A stretch of 55,115 bases of DNA from Candidatus Aminicenantes bacterium (lineage in GTDB: Bacteria; Acidobacteriota; Aminicenantia; Aminicenantales; Aminicenantaceae): NCBI GenBank assembly GCA_030669305.1, contig DAOVDU010000004.1, forward strand, positions 1-55,115. Direction: 5' to 3'. Below are positions 36,724 to 47,356 of the stretch, in pieces. The translations under genes and the position numbers were made by a program. Position 1 is the first letter of the stretch, and the number at the start of each line of letters is the position of its first letter. The notes beneath the pieces are model-generated. The model was not told the DNA's origin and did no database searches. It saw only the letters and a list, made by a program, of their open reading frames with translations.

Positions 36724-39700
36724 CTAATATTCAATTATTACCGATTCCTCTCCCAGCAAACCCTCAACACTTTTTGTGAGTTTTTCTGACGGCACAACAC
36801 CCTGAATTTCAACAGATTTTACGATCATGCGATAAGAATGAGGTGTCTCAAGCTCAAAAAAAACAGGGCACTCCCCACGGTTTTTTTCCAAGATGCTTTT
36901 TAATTCCTCGAAAACTGCCTCTTCAATCCCGGGAAGAATGATTCTCAGGATCACCCGTTTTGCCTGCTTCTGGAAGGCGTCAGCTAACGGCATAATCTGT
37001 AAAAGGTAAATCCTCCGGCTTTCACCTTCGCCTAAAAACTCCCCCTTGACCCAGACTAGCAAGTCTTCTCTTAGGGATTCATAATATCTTTTATAACTGT
37101 CAGGAAAAACCACAACCTCTATTCGGCCGCTCAGGTCTTCCAAGATGAACGTGGCCATCCTCTCTTCTTTCTTTGTTTTGAGGGATTTAATAGAAGATAT
37201 AATCCCGGCAACTCTTATTTCTTTATTAAAATCTTTCTCATCATCCAGATGGCTTATGGAATGAGAGACAAGCTTAAGCAAGCTTTTCCCGTATTGGGCC
37301 AGAGGATGGCCCGTAATATAAAATCCCAAGGCATCCTTCTCATAAGAGAGAAAAAGCGGCTCGTCCCACTCCCGCATCTGCTTCACTTCTACAGGTATGG
37401 GCGGAGGTTCTAACTGAGCGTGACCAAACAGAAGATTCTGCTTCGAGTATTTGATTTTTTGTGTTTCATGGGCATAATCGATCATTCTATCGACAAGATG
37501 AAAGAGCTGCGAGCGTTTCCATCCTAAACAATCAAAGGCTCCAGCTTTTATCAAACTCTCAATTACTTTCCTATTGACACCTTTTGGATCTATCTCTCGA
37601 AAAATGTCAAATGGAGAAGAGAATTTTCCTATCTTTTCCCTCGCTTGAATCAGAGCCTGTACAGCTCCTTCCCCAACATTCTTAATGGCAGAGAGGCCAA
37701 ACCGGATATCTCCCTCTGTAACAGTAAAATTGAATTCGCTCTCATTGATATCAGGTGGAAGAACTTTGATGCCCATTTCCTTACATTCGTTGATATATTT
37801 GACCACTTGAGATGTGGCTCCTCTCTCCGCTTCAGAAGTCAAAAGAGCCGCTAAAAAACAAATAGGAAAATGAGCCTTCAGATAGGCTGTCCGATAAGCT
37901 AAATAGGCATAGGCAGCACTATGAGATTTATTAAACCCATATCCGGCAAAGTGCTTTATTTGCTCAAAGATTTTATTGGCCTTGGCTTGGCTTATGTCTT
38001 TCTGCTTCGCCCCCTGGATAAATCTCTGTTTCTGGGCTTTCATAACAGATGCCTTTTTCTTGCCCATAGCCTTGCGCAGAATGTCAGCCTCAGCCATGGA
38101 AAATCCGGCCAGTTCTGTAGCAATTTTCATCACCTGTTCCTGGTAGACGATGATACCTTTGGTCTCCTCCAGAATCGGTTCTAACTCAGGAAATTCGAAG
38201 CTGATACGATCGGGGTGGTTTTTGCACTTTATAAACTCATCCGTCATCCCGCTCTTCAATGGCCCTGGCCGATAGAGTGCATTCAAGGCAATCAAATCGC
38301 GGAAGTTTTCAGGCTTGAAATTCCTGAGCAAATCTTTCATCCCTGTACTTTCAAACTGGAAGACCCCATCTGTATTGCCGGACTGGAATACCTCAAACGT
38401 TTTTTCATCATCAAGCGAAATATTCTTCAGGTCGATTTTTTGATTAGAATCTTTTTCAACAAGTTCAACAGTGTCTTGAATAACAGTCAGGTTGCGAAGC
38501 CCGAGCAAATCCATTTTGAGAAGACCAAGGGCCTCGATATCTTGCATAGGAAACTGAGTTGTAATCTCTCCTTTTACCGACTGGTAAAGCGGCATAAACT
38601 CAACGAGAGGCTTTGGAGATATGACTATGCCCGCTGCATGAATGGATGGATGACGAACCTGCCCTTCTAATATCTGAGCAATGGAAAGGAGGTTAGCAAT
38701 CTTTGTATGTTTATCCCTTAATTCTTTCAACTGTGGAATTTTTTTTAAAGCACCCTCAATCGTAGCGTCCGGGCCAAAGGGGGGAATCATTTTTGCAATC
38801 TTATCCACTTCTGGAAGAGGAACCTCTAGAACTCTTCCCACATCCCTGACTGCTTGACGAGCTGCCATGGTACCAAAAGTAATGATCTGACAGACATTTT
38901 CCTGGCCGTATTTATTTGTAACATAGGAAATGACTTCATCCCTGCGCCTTCCGCAGAAATCAATATCAATATCCGGCAGGCTAGTCCGCTCGGGATTTAA
39001 AAATCTTTCAAACAAAAGGTCGTACTCAAGGGGATCTATATCTGTTATTCCTAGGCTATAAGCAAGAAGGCTCCCCGCTACTGAGCCTCGCCCTGGCCCG
39101 ACAGGAATATTCCTTGATTTTGCCTCCCGGATTAGATCCCAGACAATCAAAAAATACCCCCCAAAACCCATTTCTTTAATAAGCCGCATCTCCCTTTCCA
39201 GCCTATTCTCGTATTTCTTAAGCCTGGGAAGCTCGCCCTTTTTAATCCTTCCGCTGAGGGCCTGCATCTGTTTCTGAAATCCCTCCTTTACTGTTGAGTC
39301 AAAATACTCGCCTATAGAAGTTCCTTCAGGAGCCTTGAAATTTGGTAAGAAATATCCAGACGAAGGAAAATCAAAATTGCACTGTGCTGCGATTTTTGTT
39401 GTATTCTGGATCGCCTCCGGAATTTCTTTAAAAAGCTCTGTCATTTCTTCACTTGACTTAAAATAGAATTCATTTGTACTGAAACGAATTCTATCCTGGT
39501 CTGTCACTTTTTTATTGGTCTGTATACAAAGGAGAACATCATGGCTTTCCGCATCTTCTTTTCGGAGATAATGGATATCGTTTGTAGCGACTAAAGGGAG
39601 ACCGAGTTTTCGTGAGATCCGCACGAGTAAAGGATTGATTTTCTTCTGTTTCTCAATGCCGTGATCCATAATCTCGATGTAAAAATCTCCTTTTGGAAAA

Positions 39701-40200
39701 AAGGAGGCATACTCTAAAGCCACCTCTCCAGCTTTTTCTTCAAGGCCCAATCCCAAACAATAATTTATCTCTCCTTTTAAACATCCAGAAAGTCCGATCA
39801 ACCCTTCGCTGTGGCGTGCTAAAAGCTCCTTATCAATACGCGGCCTATAATAAAAACCTTCCAAATAGCTTCTGGTAATAAGCTGACAGAGATTTCTGTA
39901 ACCTTTTTCATCTTTTACGAGTAAAACCAAATGAAAGTGGTAGGGTCCTGACTTACCGGGCTTCTTATCGGTCCGACTTCGAGGAGCAACATATAGTTCG
40001 CAGCCAAGTATAGGCTTGACCTTTTTCTCCTTTGCCTGCCGGAAAAAGCCTACTGCACCAAAAATATTTCCATGGTCAGTAAGAGCAACGGCTGGCATTT
40101 TGTTTTGATATGCCGCCTCCACCAGAGACGCAGTTTTTAGATCGCCATCCAGAATGCTGAATTCTGAATGGTTGTGAAGATGAATAAACGAAGATTCCAT
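36724..40200 (-). CDS. dnaE: DNA polymerase III alpha subunit
   Basis: PHP HLHNHS, GPGRGS, PDIDIDF and GYGFNKSH. Confidence 0.97.
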   Translation of the reverse strand: MESSFIHLHNHSEFSILDGDLKTASLVEAAYQNKMPAVALTDHGNIFGAVGFFRQAKEKKVKPILGCELYVAPRSRTDKKPGKSGPYHFHLVLLVKDEKGYRNLCQLITRSYLEGFYYRPRIDKELLARHSEGLIGLSGCLKGEINYCLGLGLEEKAGEVALEYASFFPKGDFYIEIMDHGIEKQKKINPLLVRISRKLGLPLVATNDIHYLRKEDAESHDVLLCIQTNKKVTDQDRIRFSTNEFYFKSSEEMTELFKEIPEAIQNTTKIAAQCNFDFPSSGYFLPNFKAPEGTSIGEYFDSTVKEGFQKQMQALSGRIKKGELPRLKKYENRLEREMRLIKEMGFGGYFLIVWDLIREAKSRNIPVGPGRGSVAGSLLAYSLGITDIDPLEYDLLFERFLNPERTSLPDIDIDFCGRRRDEVISYVTNKYGQENVCQIITFGTMAARQAVRDVGRVLEVPLPEVDKIAKMIPPFGPDATIEGALKKIPQLKELRDKHTKIANLLSIAQILEGQVRHPSIHAAGIVISPKPLVEFMPLYQSVKGEITTQFPMQDIEALGLLKMDLLGLRNLTVIQDTVELVEKDSNQKIDLKNISLDDEKTFEVFQSGNTDGVFQFESTGMKDLLRNFKPENFRDLIALNALYRPGPLKSGMTDEFIKCKNHPDRISFEFPELEPILEETKGIIVYQEQVMKIATELAGFSMAEADILRKAMGKKKASVMKAQKQRFIQGAKQKDISQAKANKIFEQIKHFAGYGFNKSHSAAYAYLAYRTAYLKAHFPICFLAALLTSEAERGATSQVVKYINECKEMGIKVLPPDINESEFNFTVTEGDIRFGLSAIKNVGEGAVQALIQAREKIGKFSSPFDIFREIDPKGVNRKVIESLIKAGAFDCLGWKRSQLFHLVDRMIDYAHETQKIKYSKQNLLFGHAQLEPPPIPVEVKQMREWDEPLFLSYEKDALGFYITGHPLAQYGKSLLKLVSHSISHLDDEKDFNKEIRVAGIISSIKSLKTKKEERMATFILEDLSGRIEVVVFPDSYKRYYESLREDLLVWVKGEFLGEGESRRIYLLQIMPLADAFQKQAKRVILRIILPGIEEAVFEELKSILEKNRGECPVFFELETPHSYRMIVKSVEIQGVVPSEKLTKSVEGLLGEESVIIEY

Positions 40201-40331
40201 ATCAATTCCTAAAACCTTGTCATCTGAATTTTATCATGTTTCGATTTTAGCAAAGCAATTTTGGATTGTAAACAAAGAAAGGAATCGCTGGACCCTCAAG
40301 GCCAAACTTTTTTTAAAACGTCTGACCTTGA

Positions 40332-40360
40332 TTGACTTCATCTCAATAATTTCTTATAGT
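40332..40360 (+). promoter_or_regulatory. Sigma70 promoter for apgM (very short leader)
   Basis: TTGACT-17-TATAGT. The ATG is 10 nt downstream and there is no SD. Confidence 0.55.
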
Positions 40361-40370
40361 TGTTTTTAAG

Positions 40371-41573
40371 ATGGACTTTGAAAAAATTGTCAAAGAATTG
40401 AGTATTGAAACAAATTCAAAAATAATTCTTTTGGTCATCGACGGCCTAGGCGGTCTTCCAATGAAGGGTAAAACCGAGCTCGAAGCCGCACATACTCCAA
40501 ACCTCGATTCCCTCGCAGCAGAAAGCACATGCGGCCTGACAGATCCTGTTTTCATGGGGATCACGCCCGGAAGCGGACCTGCTCACCTCTCTCTTTTTGG
40601 TTATGACCCAACGAAATACATACTAGGCAGAGGTATTTTGGAAGCCCTCGGTGTAGGTGTCAGCGTCGGGAAAAATGATTTAGTGGCAAGGGGAAATTTT
40701 GCGACTTTAAAAGATGACCTTATTGTCGACCGAAGGGCAGGCAGGATCCCAACCAGCGATAATGAAAAACTCTGCCAGAGGCTCAATAGTTTCTTGAAAA
40801 CAAAAGATGGAACAAAGATCACGCTTTATCCCGGAAAAGAGCACCGGTTTGTGGTCAAGTTCAGCGGGAAAGGGCTTTCAGATGCCCTCACAGACGCCGA
40901 CCCGCAAAAAGAAAACAAACACAGGGTTTACACTCAGCCCCTTTCCCAGGAAGCAAGCAAGGCAGTAGAAACCGTAAACACATTTCTTGATGAGGTAACA
41001 GAATTCTTAAAAAATTCCCCAAAAGCCAACACCATCCTTTTAAGGGGATTTTCCAAGTTTCCATCCCTCCCTACAATGGAAGAGTTGTACAAATTAAGGC
41101 CTGCAGCCATAGCTAATTATCCTATGTATAAAGGATTGGCAAAGTTAGTCGGGATGAAAATCATAAATGTAGGCCAGGAAATGAACGATCTTTTTAACGC
41201 CTTGGAAAAAAACTACAATAATTATAATTTCTTCTATGTCCACGTCAAAAAAACAGATTCAGCAGGTGAAGACGGAAACTTCTTAGCTAAAAAAAAAGCT
41301 ATTGAAGAAACAGATAAATTTATTCCCCGCCTTCTCGCACTCCAGCCCGAAGTGCTGGTTGTTACTTCGGATCATTCCACCCCAAGCCTTCTGAAATCCC
41401 ATTCATGGCATCCAAACCCCTTTATTCTGCATTCTCGAACTGCACAAACAGATAAAACGACGTTATTTTCCGAAAAAGAGTGCAGCATGGGCTATTTAGG
41501 GCGGTTTCAAGCTGTATACACTATGCCTTTGATGCTGGCTCATGCTGGAAAGCTAAAGAAGTATGGGGCTTAA
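40371..41573 (+). CDS. apgM: 2,3-bisphosphoglycerate-independent phosphoglycerate mutase (ApgM type)
   Basis: IDGLGG, TPGSGPAHLSLFGYDP, GRGILEA, DRRAGRI and SDHSTP. Confidence 0.92.
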   Translation: MDFEKIVKELSIETNSKIILLVIDGLGGLPMKGKTELEAAHTPNLDSLAAESTCGLTDPVFMGITPGSGPAHLSLFGYDPTKYILGRGILEALGVGVSVGKNDLVARGNFATLKDDLIVDRRAGRIPTSDNEKLCQRLNSFLKTKDGTKITLYPGKEHRFVVKFSGKGLSDALTDADPQKENKHRVYTQPLSQEASKAVETVNTFLDEVTEFLKNSPKANTILLRGFSKFPSLPTMEELYKLRPAAIANYPMYKGLAKLVGMKIINVGQEMNDLFNALEKNYNNYNFFYVHVKKTDSAGEDGNFLAKKKAIEETDKFIPRLLALQPEVLVVTSDHSTPSLLKSHSWHPNPFILHSRTAQTDKTTLFSEKECSMGYLGRFQAVYTMPLMLAHAGKLKKYGA

Positions 41574-41585
41574 GCTTTTACTGAA

Positions 41586-41614
41586 TTGAAAGATATCGAC
41601 ATATTTTATAGAAT
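41586..41614 (+). promoter_or_regulatory. Sigma70 promoter for the amidase gene (very short leader)
   Basis: TTGAAA-17-TAGAAT. The ATG is 9 nt downstream. Confidence 0.5.
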
Positions 41615-41623
41615 TAATAGAGA

Positions 41624-42808
41624 ATGCGTCCAATGATCAAAAAGTATGTGTGGTTATTCTTGCTCTTTCTTTCCTGTTTCCTTTCCTCGTTGTTTTCTTT
41701 CCAGGCAGACCCCCGCATTGAAATCTCCAGCCTCCGCTACCACACACACCCCTCTTTTACCCGAATTGTCGCAGATATTGGAAAATTAAGAGAATACAAT
41801 TTCAGCGACCTTCTTTCCCCAGATCGAATTTATGTTGACATCTACCAGGCCAAGCTGAATCCTATTCTCCATGGCAAAACCATTCCAGTTAAAAATAACT
41901 ACCTTAGCCAGATAAGAATTGCTCAAAAGACAACTTCCACCGTCAGGATTGCTGTGGATATTGATTTTAAAAAAATCAAACGTTACCGCGTATGGCATCT
42001 CTTCGATCCTTTCAGGATTATCATTGATATCTATCCGGGAAACTCTCCTCTCAAACATCCTCCTGTAAAAATTACACAACCAGCAAAACCTGCTAAGGAA
42101 GGCTACAGCATGGTGCGCCAGCTCGGCCTTGGAATCCAAAGAATAGTCATTGACCCCGGCCATGGCGGCTCAGACCCTGGATGTATCGGGAAAAAAGGAG
42201 CCCAGGAGAAAGATATCGTTCTTGATGTCTGCACACGCTTGAAAAAACTTTTGAGCTCAAAAAAAGGCCTTGAAGCAATTCTGACCAGAGAGTCGGACAT
42301 CTTCGTCCCTTTAGAAAACAGAACCATTATCGCCAACCAGAAACAAGCAGATATTTTCATCTCCGTACACGCAAACTCTAACACGAACAAAAAGCACTAT
42401 GGAATTGAAACGTTTTATCTCAATTTCAGCCAGGACCCTTCTGTCAACGAGACTGCAGCTCGTGAAAACGCAACCTCCACAAAGAACATCAGTGAAATGA
42501 AGGAAATCATCGAAATGATCGTTAAAAACAGTAAAATCGTCGAATCAAAGGAACTCGCAGAAAATATCCAAAAAAATATGACAAAATGTCTTTCAAAAAA
42601 ATATAAAAACATCAAAAACCTTGGCGTTAAAGGAGGTCCATTTTGGGTTCTCATTGGCGGAGAAATGCCATCTGTGCTTGTAGAAATCTCACATCTAAGC
42701 AACCTCAGGGAAGAAGAGAGATTAAAGAGCCCGCAGTATCTCCAGCGTATTGCCCAAGGTATCTATGAAGGTATTATTGAATACATACAATCCTTAGGGA
42801 AAGGATAA
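41624..42808 (+). CDS. N-acetylmuramoyl-L-alanine amidase (AMIN plus Amidase_3)
   Basis: Signal peptide, PDRIYVD/PFRIIID AMIN motifs, IDPGHGG.DPG, ISVHAN and PSVLVE. Confidence 0.93.
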   Translation: MRPMIKKYVWLFLLFLSCFLSSLFSFQADPRIEISSLRYHTHPSFTRIVADIGKLREYNFSDLLSPDRIYVDIYQAKLNPILHGKTIPVKNNYLSQIRIAQKTTSTVRIAVDIDFKKIKRYRVWHLFDPFRIIIDIYPGNSPLKHPPVKITQPAKPAKEGYSMVRQLGLGIQRIVIDPGHGGSDPGCIGKKGAQEKDIVLDVCTRLKKLLSSKKGLEAILTRESDIFVPLENRTIIANQKQADIFISVHANSNTNKKHYGIETFYLNFSQDPSVNETAARENATSTKNISEMKEIIEMIVKNSKIVESKELAENIQKNMTKCLSKKYKNIKNLGVKGGPFWVLIGGEMPSVLVEISHLSNLREEERLKSPQYLQRIAQGIYEGIIEYIQSLGKG

Positions 42809-42814
42809 ACAGCA

Positions 42815-43702
42815 ATGAAACGAAGAGATTTCTTAAAGGACATCACTATTGGGAGCATCCTTCTGAATGTCAAGCCTGGCCTCCTGGCCCAGGGAAAAGA
42901 ATATCCCGACCTGGCCTTGATACAAGGCAACTCTCCTGCCCAGTTAACCAAAGAAGCTGTTGCTCTGTTAGGTGGAATCAATCGCTTCGTTTCTAAAGGA
43001 GATGTTGTTTTAGTAAAACCGAATATCGGTTGGGATAGAACTCCAAAGCAAGCCGCCTGTACCAATCCAGAAGTAGTCAAGACTCTTGTTGAACTCTGCC
43101 TTGATGCAGGAGCAAAACAAGTCAAAGTCATGGATAACCCCTGCAACCCTGCCAGAAGAACCTATGTCCGCTCTGGCATCGCTGCAGCCGCAAAAAAAGC
43201 GGGCGCAAAGGTCCCATATCCCAATGATCATCGACTAAAAAAAATGGCACTTAAGGGAGAATGGCTTAAAGAGTGGGAAGTCTACACCGACTTTGTCGAA
43301 GCAGACAAAATCATAAACGCCCCGATCGCCAAAACCCATAGTCTTTCACGGCTGACCATGGGGATGAAAAACTGGCTTGGTGCTCTCGGGGGAAAGCGAA
43401 ATCAGCTTCACCAAAAGATTGACTTTGCCATGGTCGATCTTGCTGCCTTCTTCAAACCTGTTCTCACTGTCTTAGATGGCTACAGAATTCTTATCAGGAA
43501 CGGCCCACAAGGAGGCAGACTCTCTGATGTTAAACTCCACAAAACCATAGTGGCAGGCGTAGATTACGTGGCTGTAGACGCAATAGGAGCGACTTTCTTC
43601 GGCATAAAACCAGAGGACCTGCGTTTTCTTCAACTTGCAAATCAAAAGGGATTTGGAAAAATCAATCTGGAGAAATTAAGGATTGAAAAAAGAACGGTCT
43701 AA
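42815..43702 (+). CDS. DUF362 domain protein with Tat signal
   Basis: MKRRDFLK twin-arginine motif, VLVKPN, TNPEVV and KTH...TMGMKN. Confidence 0.85.
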   Translation: MKRRDFLKDITIGSILLNVKPGLLAQGKEYPDLALIQGNSPAQLTKEAVALLGGINRFVSKGDVVLVKPNIGWDRTPKQAACTNPEVVKTLVELCLDAGAKQVKVMDNPCNPARRTYVRSGIAAAAKKAGAKVPYPNDHRLKKMALKGEWLKEWEVYTDFVEADKIINAPIAKTHSLSRLTMGMKNWLGALGGKRNQLHQKIDFAMVDLAAFFKPVLTVLDGYRILIRNGPQGGRLSDVKLHKTIVAGVDYVAVDAIGATFFGIKPEDLRFLQLANQKGFGKINLEKLRIEKRTV

Positions 43703-45278
43703 AAAATACCGGATTATCCAAATCATCAGGATCCTTATCCAATTTTTCTTTTTTTTGCTTTTTTTCTATCTTTTACTTGGAACTCGCTTCCCTGGAGAGG
43801 ATTATATCGGGAATGTTGAAGTTTTTTTTCATTTCGACCCCCTTCTTGCCCTGACAACCTTTATAGCTTCCCGAGCTGTATTCGTGGCATTTGCCTTGGC
43901 AGCCATCACTATCATCGTCACTTTTTTCATGGGTCGAATAGCATGCGGCTGGGTATGCCCTTTGGGATCCCTCCATCAGTTCTTCTCCTTCATCTTTAAA
44001 AAGTCAAAACTCCTGCATCCGAAAAAAGTCCAGGATAACCTTACAGCTTTGAAATACTATCTTCTGGTATTCATTCTTATCAGCGCTATTTTTACACTCG
44101 ACCTGGTTGGCCTATTTGATCCTCTCTCTCTTCTCTATCGTTCTTTCACAGTCGGGATTATTCCCGCCATAAGCCTCAGTATCTATAGCCTCATGGATTT
44201 TCTTTATCAAGTAAATCTTTCTTCTCTAGGTGATAGTCTTGTTCAATTCTTCGAGAACCTTGACTTCAATGCTACTTTTCTCCAGGGTTTTTTTATTGCA
44301 ATGATATTCATCGGCATTGTGCTTTTAAATATCCTCAGGGAAAGATTCTGGTGCCGCTATCTGTGCCCTTTAGGAGCTTTTCTTGGCCTTGTTTCAAGAT
44401 GGAATGTATTCAAACTTAAGATTAATCCTGAAAAATGCATTGAATGCGGACTCTGCACGATTCACTGTCAAACTCAAGCCAATCCATTCCCGAATGAAGA
44501 ATGGAAAAGTTCTGAATGTGTGTACTGTTACACCTGTAGCGCTATCTGCCCTACGAGTGCCATCGGATTTCCTTTGAAACCTGCACCTGAAAGAATCGAG
44601 ACAGTAAACCTTTCTAGAAGAAAGCTTATCTTTAGTTCGCTTTTAGGTATTTTTGTCGTTCCGTTCTTCCGAATCTCTCCGTCCAGGAAACGGGCATCAG
44701 AGAAATTGATCCGACCCCCAGGGGCACTTTCTGAAGAGCGGTTTCTTCAAAAATGTATCAAATGTGGCGAATGCATGAAAGTCTGCCCCACCAATGCTCT
44801 CCAGCCAGCCTTAACAGAGGCAGGCCCGGAAGGCATCTGGACACCCATGCTTGTACCCAAGATCGGATATTGTGAATATTACTGTTCTCTTTGTTCACAA
44901 GTTTGCCCCACTGGAGCCATAAAAGAGCTAACCATAGAACAGAAAACCCAGGTCAAGATTGGAACAGCCTGGGTTAACAAAAATCGCTGTATTCCCTGGA
45001 TATTTGGTGATCCCTGTATCGTGTGTGAGGAACATTGTCCGGTTTCCCCTAAGGCCATAAAATTGATGAAAACAGAAGTAACGCTTCCTGATGGAGTCGT
45101 AAAAACTCCTTTAACCCCTGTCATCGATATAGAACTCTGTAATGGTTGCGGAATATGCGAGAATAAATGCCCGGTGGTGGATGCCCCTGCTATCTATGTG
45201 ACGAGTGTTGGAGAGAGCCGTTCAGAAAAAAATCAACTGTTGCTCGATATCATCCAGCAGGAAGAAGAGATCTATTAA
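43683..45278 (+). CDS. Membrane polyferredoxin (NapH/MauN-like fused to a NapG/MauM-like domain)
   Basis: TM helices with CGWVCPLG and WCRYLCPLG, several CxxCxxCxxxCP motifs and IRPPGA. Confidence 0.85.
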   Translation: MKKERSKKYRIIQIIRILIQFFFFLLFFYLLLGTRFPGEDYIGNVEVFFHFDPLLALTTFIASRAVFVAFALAAITIIVTFFMGRIACGWVCPLGSLHQFFSFIFKKSKLLHPKKVQDNLTALKYYLLVFILISAIFTLDLVGLFDPLSLLYRSFTVGIIPAISLSIYSLMDFLYQVNLSSLGDSLVQFFENLDFNATFLQGFFIAMIFIGIVLLNILRERFWCRYLCPLGAFLGLVSRWNVFKLKINPEKCIECGLCTIHCQTQANPFPNEEWKSSECVYCYTCSAICPTSAIGFPLKPAPERIETVNLSRRKLIFSSLLGIFVVPFFRISPSRKRASEKLIRPPGALSEERFLQKCIKCGECMKVCPTNALQPALTEAGPEGIWTPMLVPKIGYCEYYCSLCSQVCPTGAIKELTIEQKTQVKIGTAWVNKNRCIPWIFGDPCIVCEEHCPVSPKAIKLMKTEVTLPDGVVKTPLTPVIDIELCNGCGICENKCPVVDAPAIYVTSVGESRSEKNQLLLDIIQQEEEIY

Positions 45279-45284
45279 TCAAAA

Positions 45285-45510
45285 AATCCAAATTCCAATT
45301 TCCAAATAAATTAGTTTAAGGTTGAATGTTTAATGTTTAAGGCAAAAATGCTACTTTAAACCTTAAATATTCAACTTTAAATAAAATCTGTCTTGCCTCT
45401 TTGTCTTGCCTACTTAGATAAACTTTTATACTGCTATACTGACTTACTGACTTAAATCGTGAGCCGTGAGCAGAAATAATGGTTTAAGGTTGAAGGTTTA
45501 ATGTTTAAGG
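45285..45510. repeat. Heptamer-palindrome mosaic, copy D
   Basis: AAATCCAAATTCCAATTTCCAAAT outer arm, left arm 45314-45342, right arm ~45354-45381, TACTG-based octamers, and a second left arm at 45481-45510. Confidence 0.85.
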
Positions 45511-45550
45511 AAAGAGTAGAAACAGGTTTAATTTTTTTAGAATTTGGAAA

Positions 45551-46528
45551 TTATTCTGCTAGTGCCTTCTTTAATTCTTCCTGCAGATGGGGAATAACCT
45601 GAAACAGATCGCCTACTACGCCAAAGTCGGACACCTTAAAGACAGGGGCTTCATGATCCTTGTTCACAGCCACTATGTATTTTGAGGAAGACATCCCTGC
45701 TAAGTGTTGAATTGCGCCTGAAATCCCAAATGCCAAATAAAGATTCGGAGAGACGGTTTTTCCTGTTTGGCCTACCTGATTTTGATGATCAATCCATCCA
45801 GCGTCTACTGCAGAACGAGAAGCACCCACAGCAGAATGGGGCAGGATAGAGGAGAGATTCCTAAGCATGTCAAAATTTTCAGGTCCCTTCATCCCTCTTC
45901 CTCCCGAAACCACAATATCTGCTTCAGTTACATCAAGCTCTGTACCTTCTTCCCTTATAATCTCGACCACTTGAGCTTTAATCTGGTCCTCGGTAAAAAC
46001 CGCATCTTTTCTTATGACCTCAGCCTGTTCATCCACAGGATCGATAAGAGGAAACACATTTGGTCTGAGGGAAGCTATTTGTGGTGAAGATTTAAGAATA
46101 AAGGTCGCAAAGGCTTTCCCAGCAAAAATTGGCCGCACAACCTCCAGTTTTCCATCTTTGCAAGCTGTTTGGGTACAATCAGAAGCCATGCTCACTCCCA
46201 GTTTAGCAGCCAGCCGAGGCGCTAAATCCCTGCCCATGGCAGTAGCCGAAAACAGAATAATTTCAGGGTTGATTTCCCCTGCCAAGGAAAAAAGCACCTC
46301 CGCAAAACCAGAAGGAGAATAGCGGCTGAGAAGAGAATTTTCAAGGACAAACACCTTTGAAGCCCCATAACGGAAAATGTCGGGAGCAAGGCTCTCTAAA
46401 TTATGGCCAACAAGAACAGCATTGACTTCAGTGTTCATCTCTGCGGCTCTCCTTTTGCCCTCAGAAAGGGCTTCCAAAGAAGATTTTTTTACCTTGCCTT
46501 CTCTAACTTCTATAAAAACTAAAATCAT
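45551..46528 (-). CDS. etfA: Electron transfer flavoprotein alpha subunit
   Basis: VSGGRG, GASR, QVGQTGK.V.P and GISGAIQH. Confidence 0.96.
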   Translation of the reverse strand: MILVFIEVREGKVKKSSLEALSEGKRRAAEMNTEVNAVLVGHNLESLAPDIFRYGASKVFVLENSLLSRYSPSGFAEVLFSLAGEINPEIILFSATAMGRDLAPRLAAKLGVSMASDCTQTACKDGKLEVVRPIFAGKAFATFILKSSPQIASLRPNVFPLIDPVDEQAEVIRKDAVFTEDQIKAQVVEIIREEGTELDVTEADIVVSGGRGMKGPENFDMLRNLSSILPHSAVGASRSAVDAGWIDHQNQVGQTGKTVSPNLYLAFGISGAIQHLAGMSSSKYIVAVNKDHEAPVFKVSDFGVVGDLFQVIPHLQEELKKALAE

Positions 46529-46537
46529 TTCCTCCTC

Positions 46538-47320
46538 CTAGATGACCTTGGCTTCCTTGTGTAAGAATTCCACAATTTTCTTTGCCACCTCCTTAGGTTC
46601 ACCCTCTATGATCTTTCCAGCCTCCCTTGTGGGCGGGCTCTCCATTCTAGTTAACTCCAGTTGTGAAACAAGATCCTCTGTATTTAGACCCAAATCTTCC
46701 AGAGATAGCACTGGTATTTGTTTTCTCTTAGCCATCATGATGCCCTTTAATGTTTCGTAACGAGGTTCATTTAAACCTTTCTGAGCACTGATAACTGCTG
46801 GCAAAGGAAAAGAAACTTTCTCTATGGCTCCCTCAATTTCTCGATGAGCAGTGCCATTATTTCCTTCAATTTCCAGTTTCGTCACCACGTTAACTTGAGG
46901 CACACCTAGAAACTCAGCAACCATGGCAGGGATTTGGGCATTATCAGCACCCATAGACTGTTTCCCGAACAGGAGCAAATTGTATTCAGGAAATTTTTCC
47001 TTTAAGGCGTGCGCAATAATCTTGGCTGTCCTTAAACCATCATAAGTTTCAGGGGTATCATCCTTCAAAAGCACTGCCTCATCAGCTCCCATTGCCAGAC
47101 ATTTCTTCAATATTCTCAATCCCTCTTCAGACCCAACCGAAAGGACAGTAACTTTGCCTTCTTTAGCCTCTCTTATTCGAAGGGCTTCCTCCACCGCATA
47201 CTCATCATAAGGATTCAAAACAAAGTTTAGGCCTTCCTCGATAACACTATTCGTCTCAGGGCTTATCCTTATCTTGGATTCGGTATCAGGCACCCTTTTA
47301 ACAAGAACAAAAATATTCAC
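46538..47320 (-). CDS. etfB: Electron transfer flavoprotein beta subunit
   Basis: KRVPD, NPYDEYAVEEAL, AMGAD and NEPRY. GTG start after AGGAGG. Confidence 0.95.
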   Translation of the reverse strand: MNIFVLVKRVPDTESKIRISPETNSVIEEGLNFVLNPYDEYAVEEALRIREAKEGKVTVLSVGSEEGLRILKKCLAMGADEAVLLKDDTPETYDGLRTAKIIAHALKEKFPEYNLLLFGKQSMGADNAQIPAMVAEFLGVPQVNVVTKLEIEGNNGTAHREIEGAIEKVSFPLPAVISAQKGLNEPRYETLKGIMMAKRKQIPVLSLEDLGLNTEDLVSQLELTRMESPPTREAGKIIEGEPKEVAKKIVEFLHKEAKVI

Positions 47321-47356
47321 TTGATCCTCCTATTCAAAAACAAAGCAATAAAATTT

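Noticed and set aside
36724-40200. Intein or split in dnaE
   Set aside because: The length (1158 aa) and motif spacing are normal.
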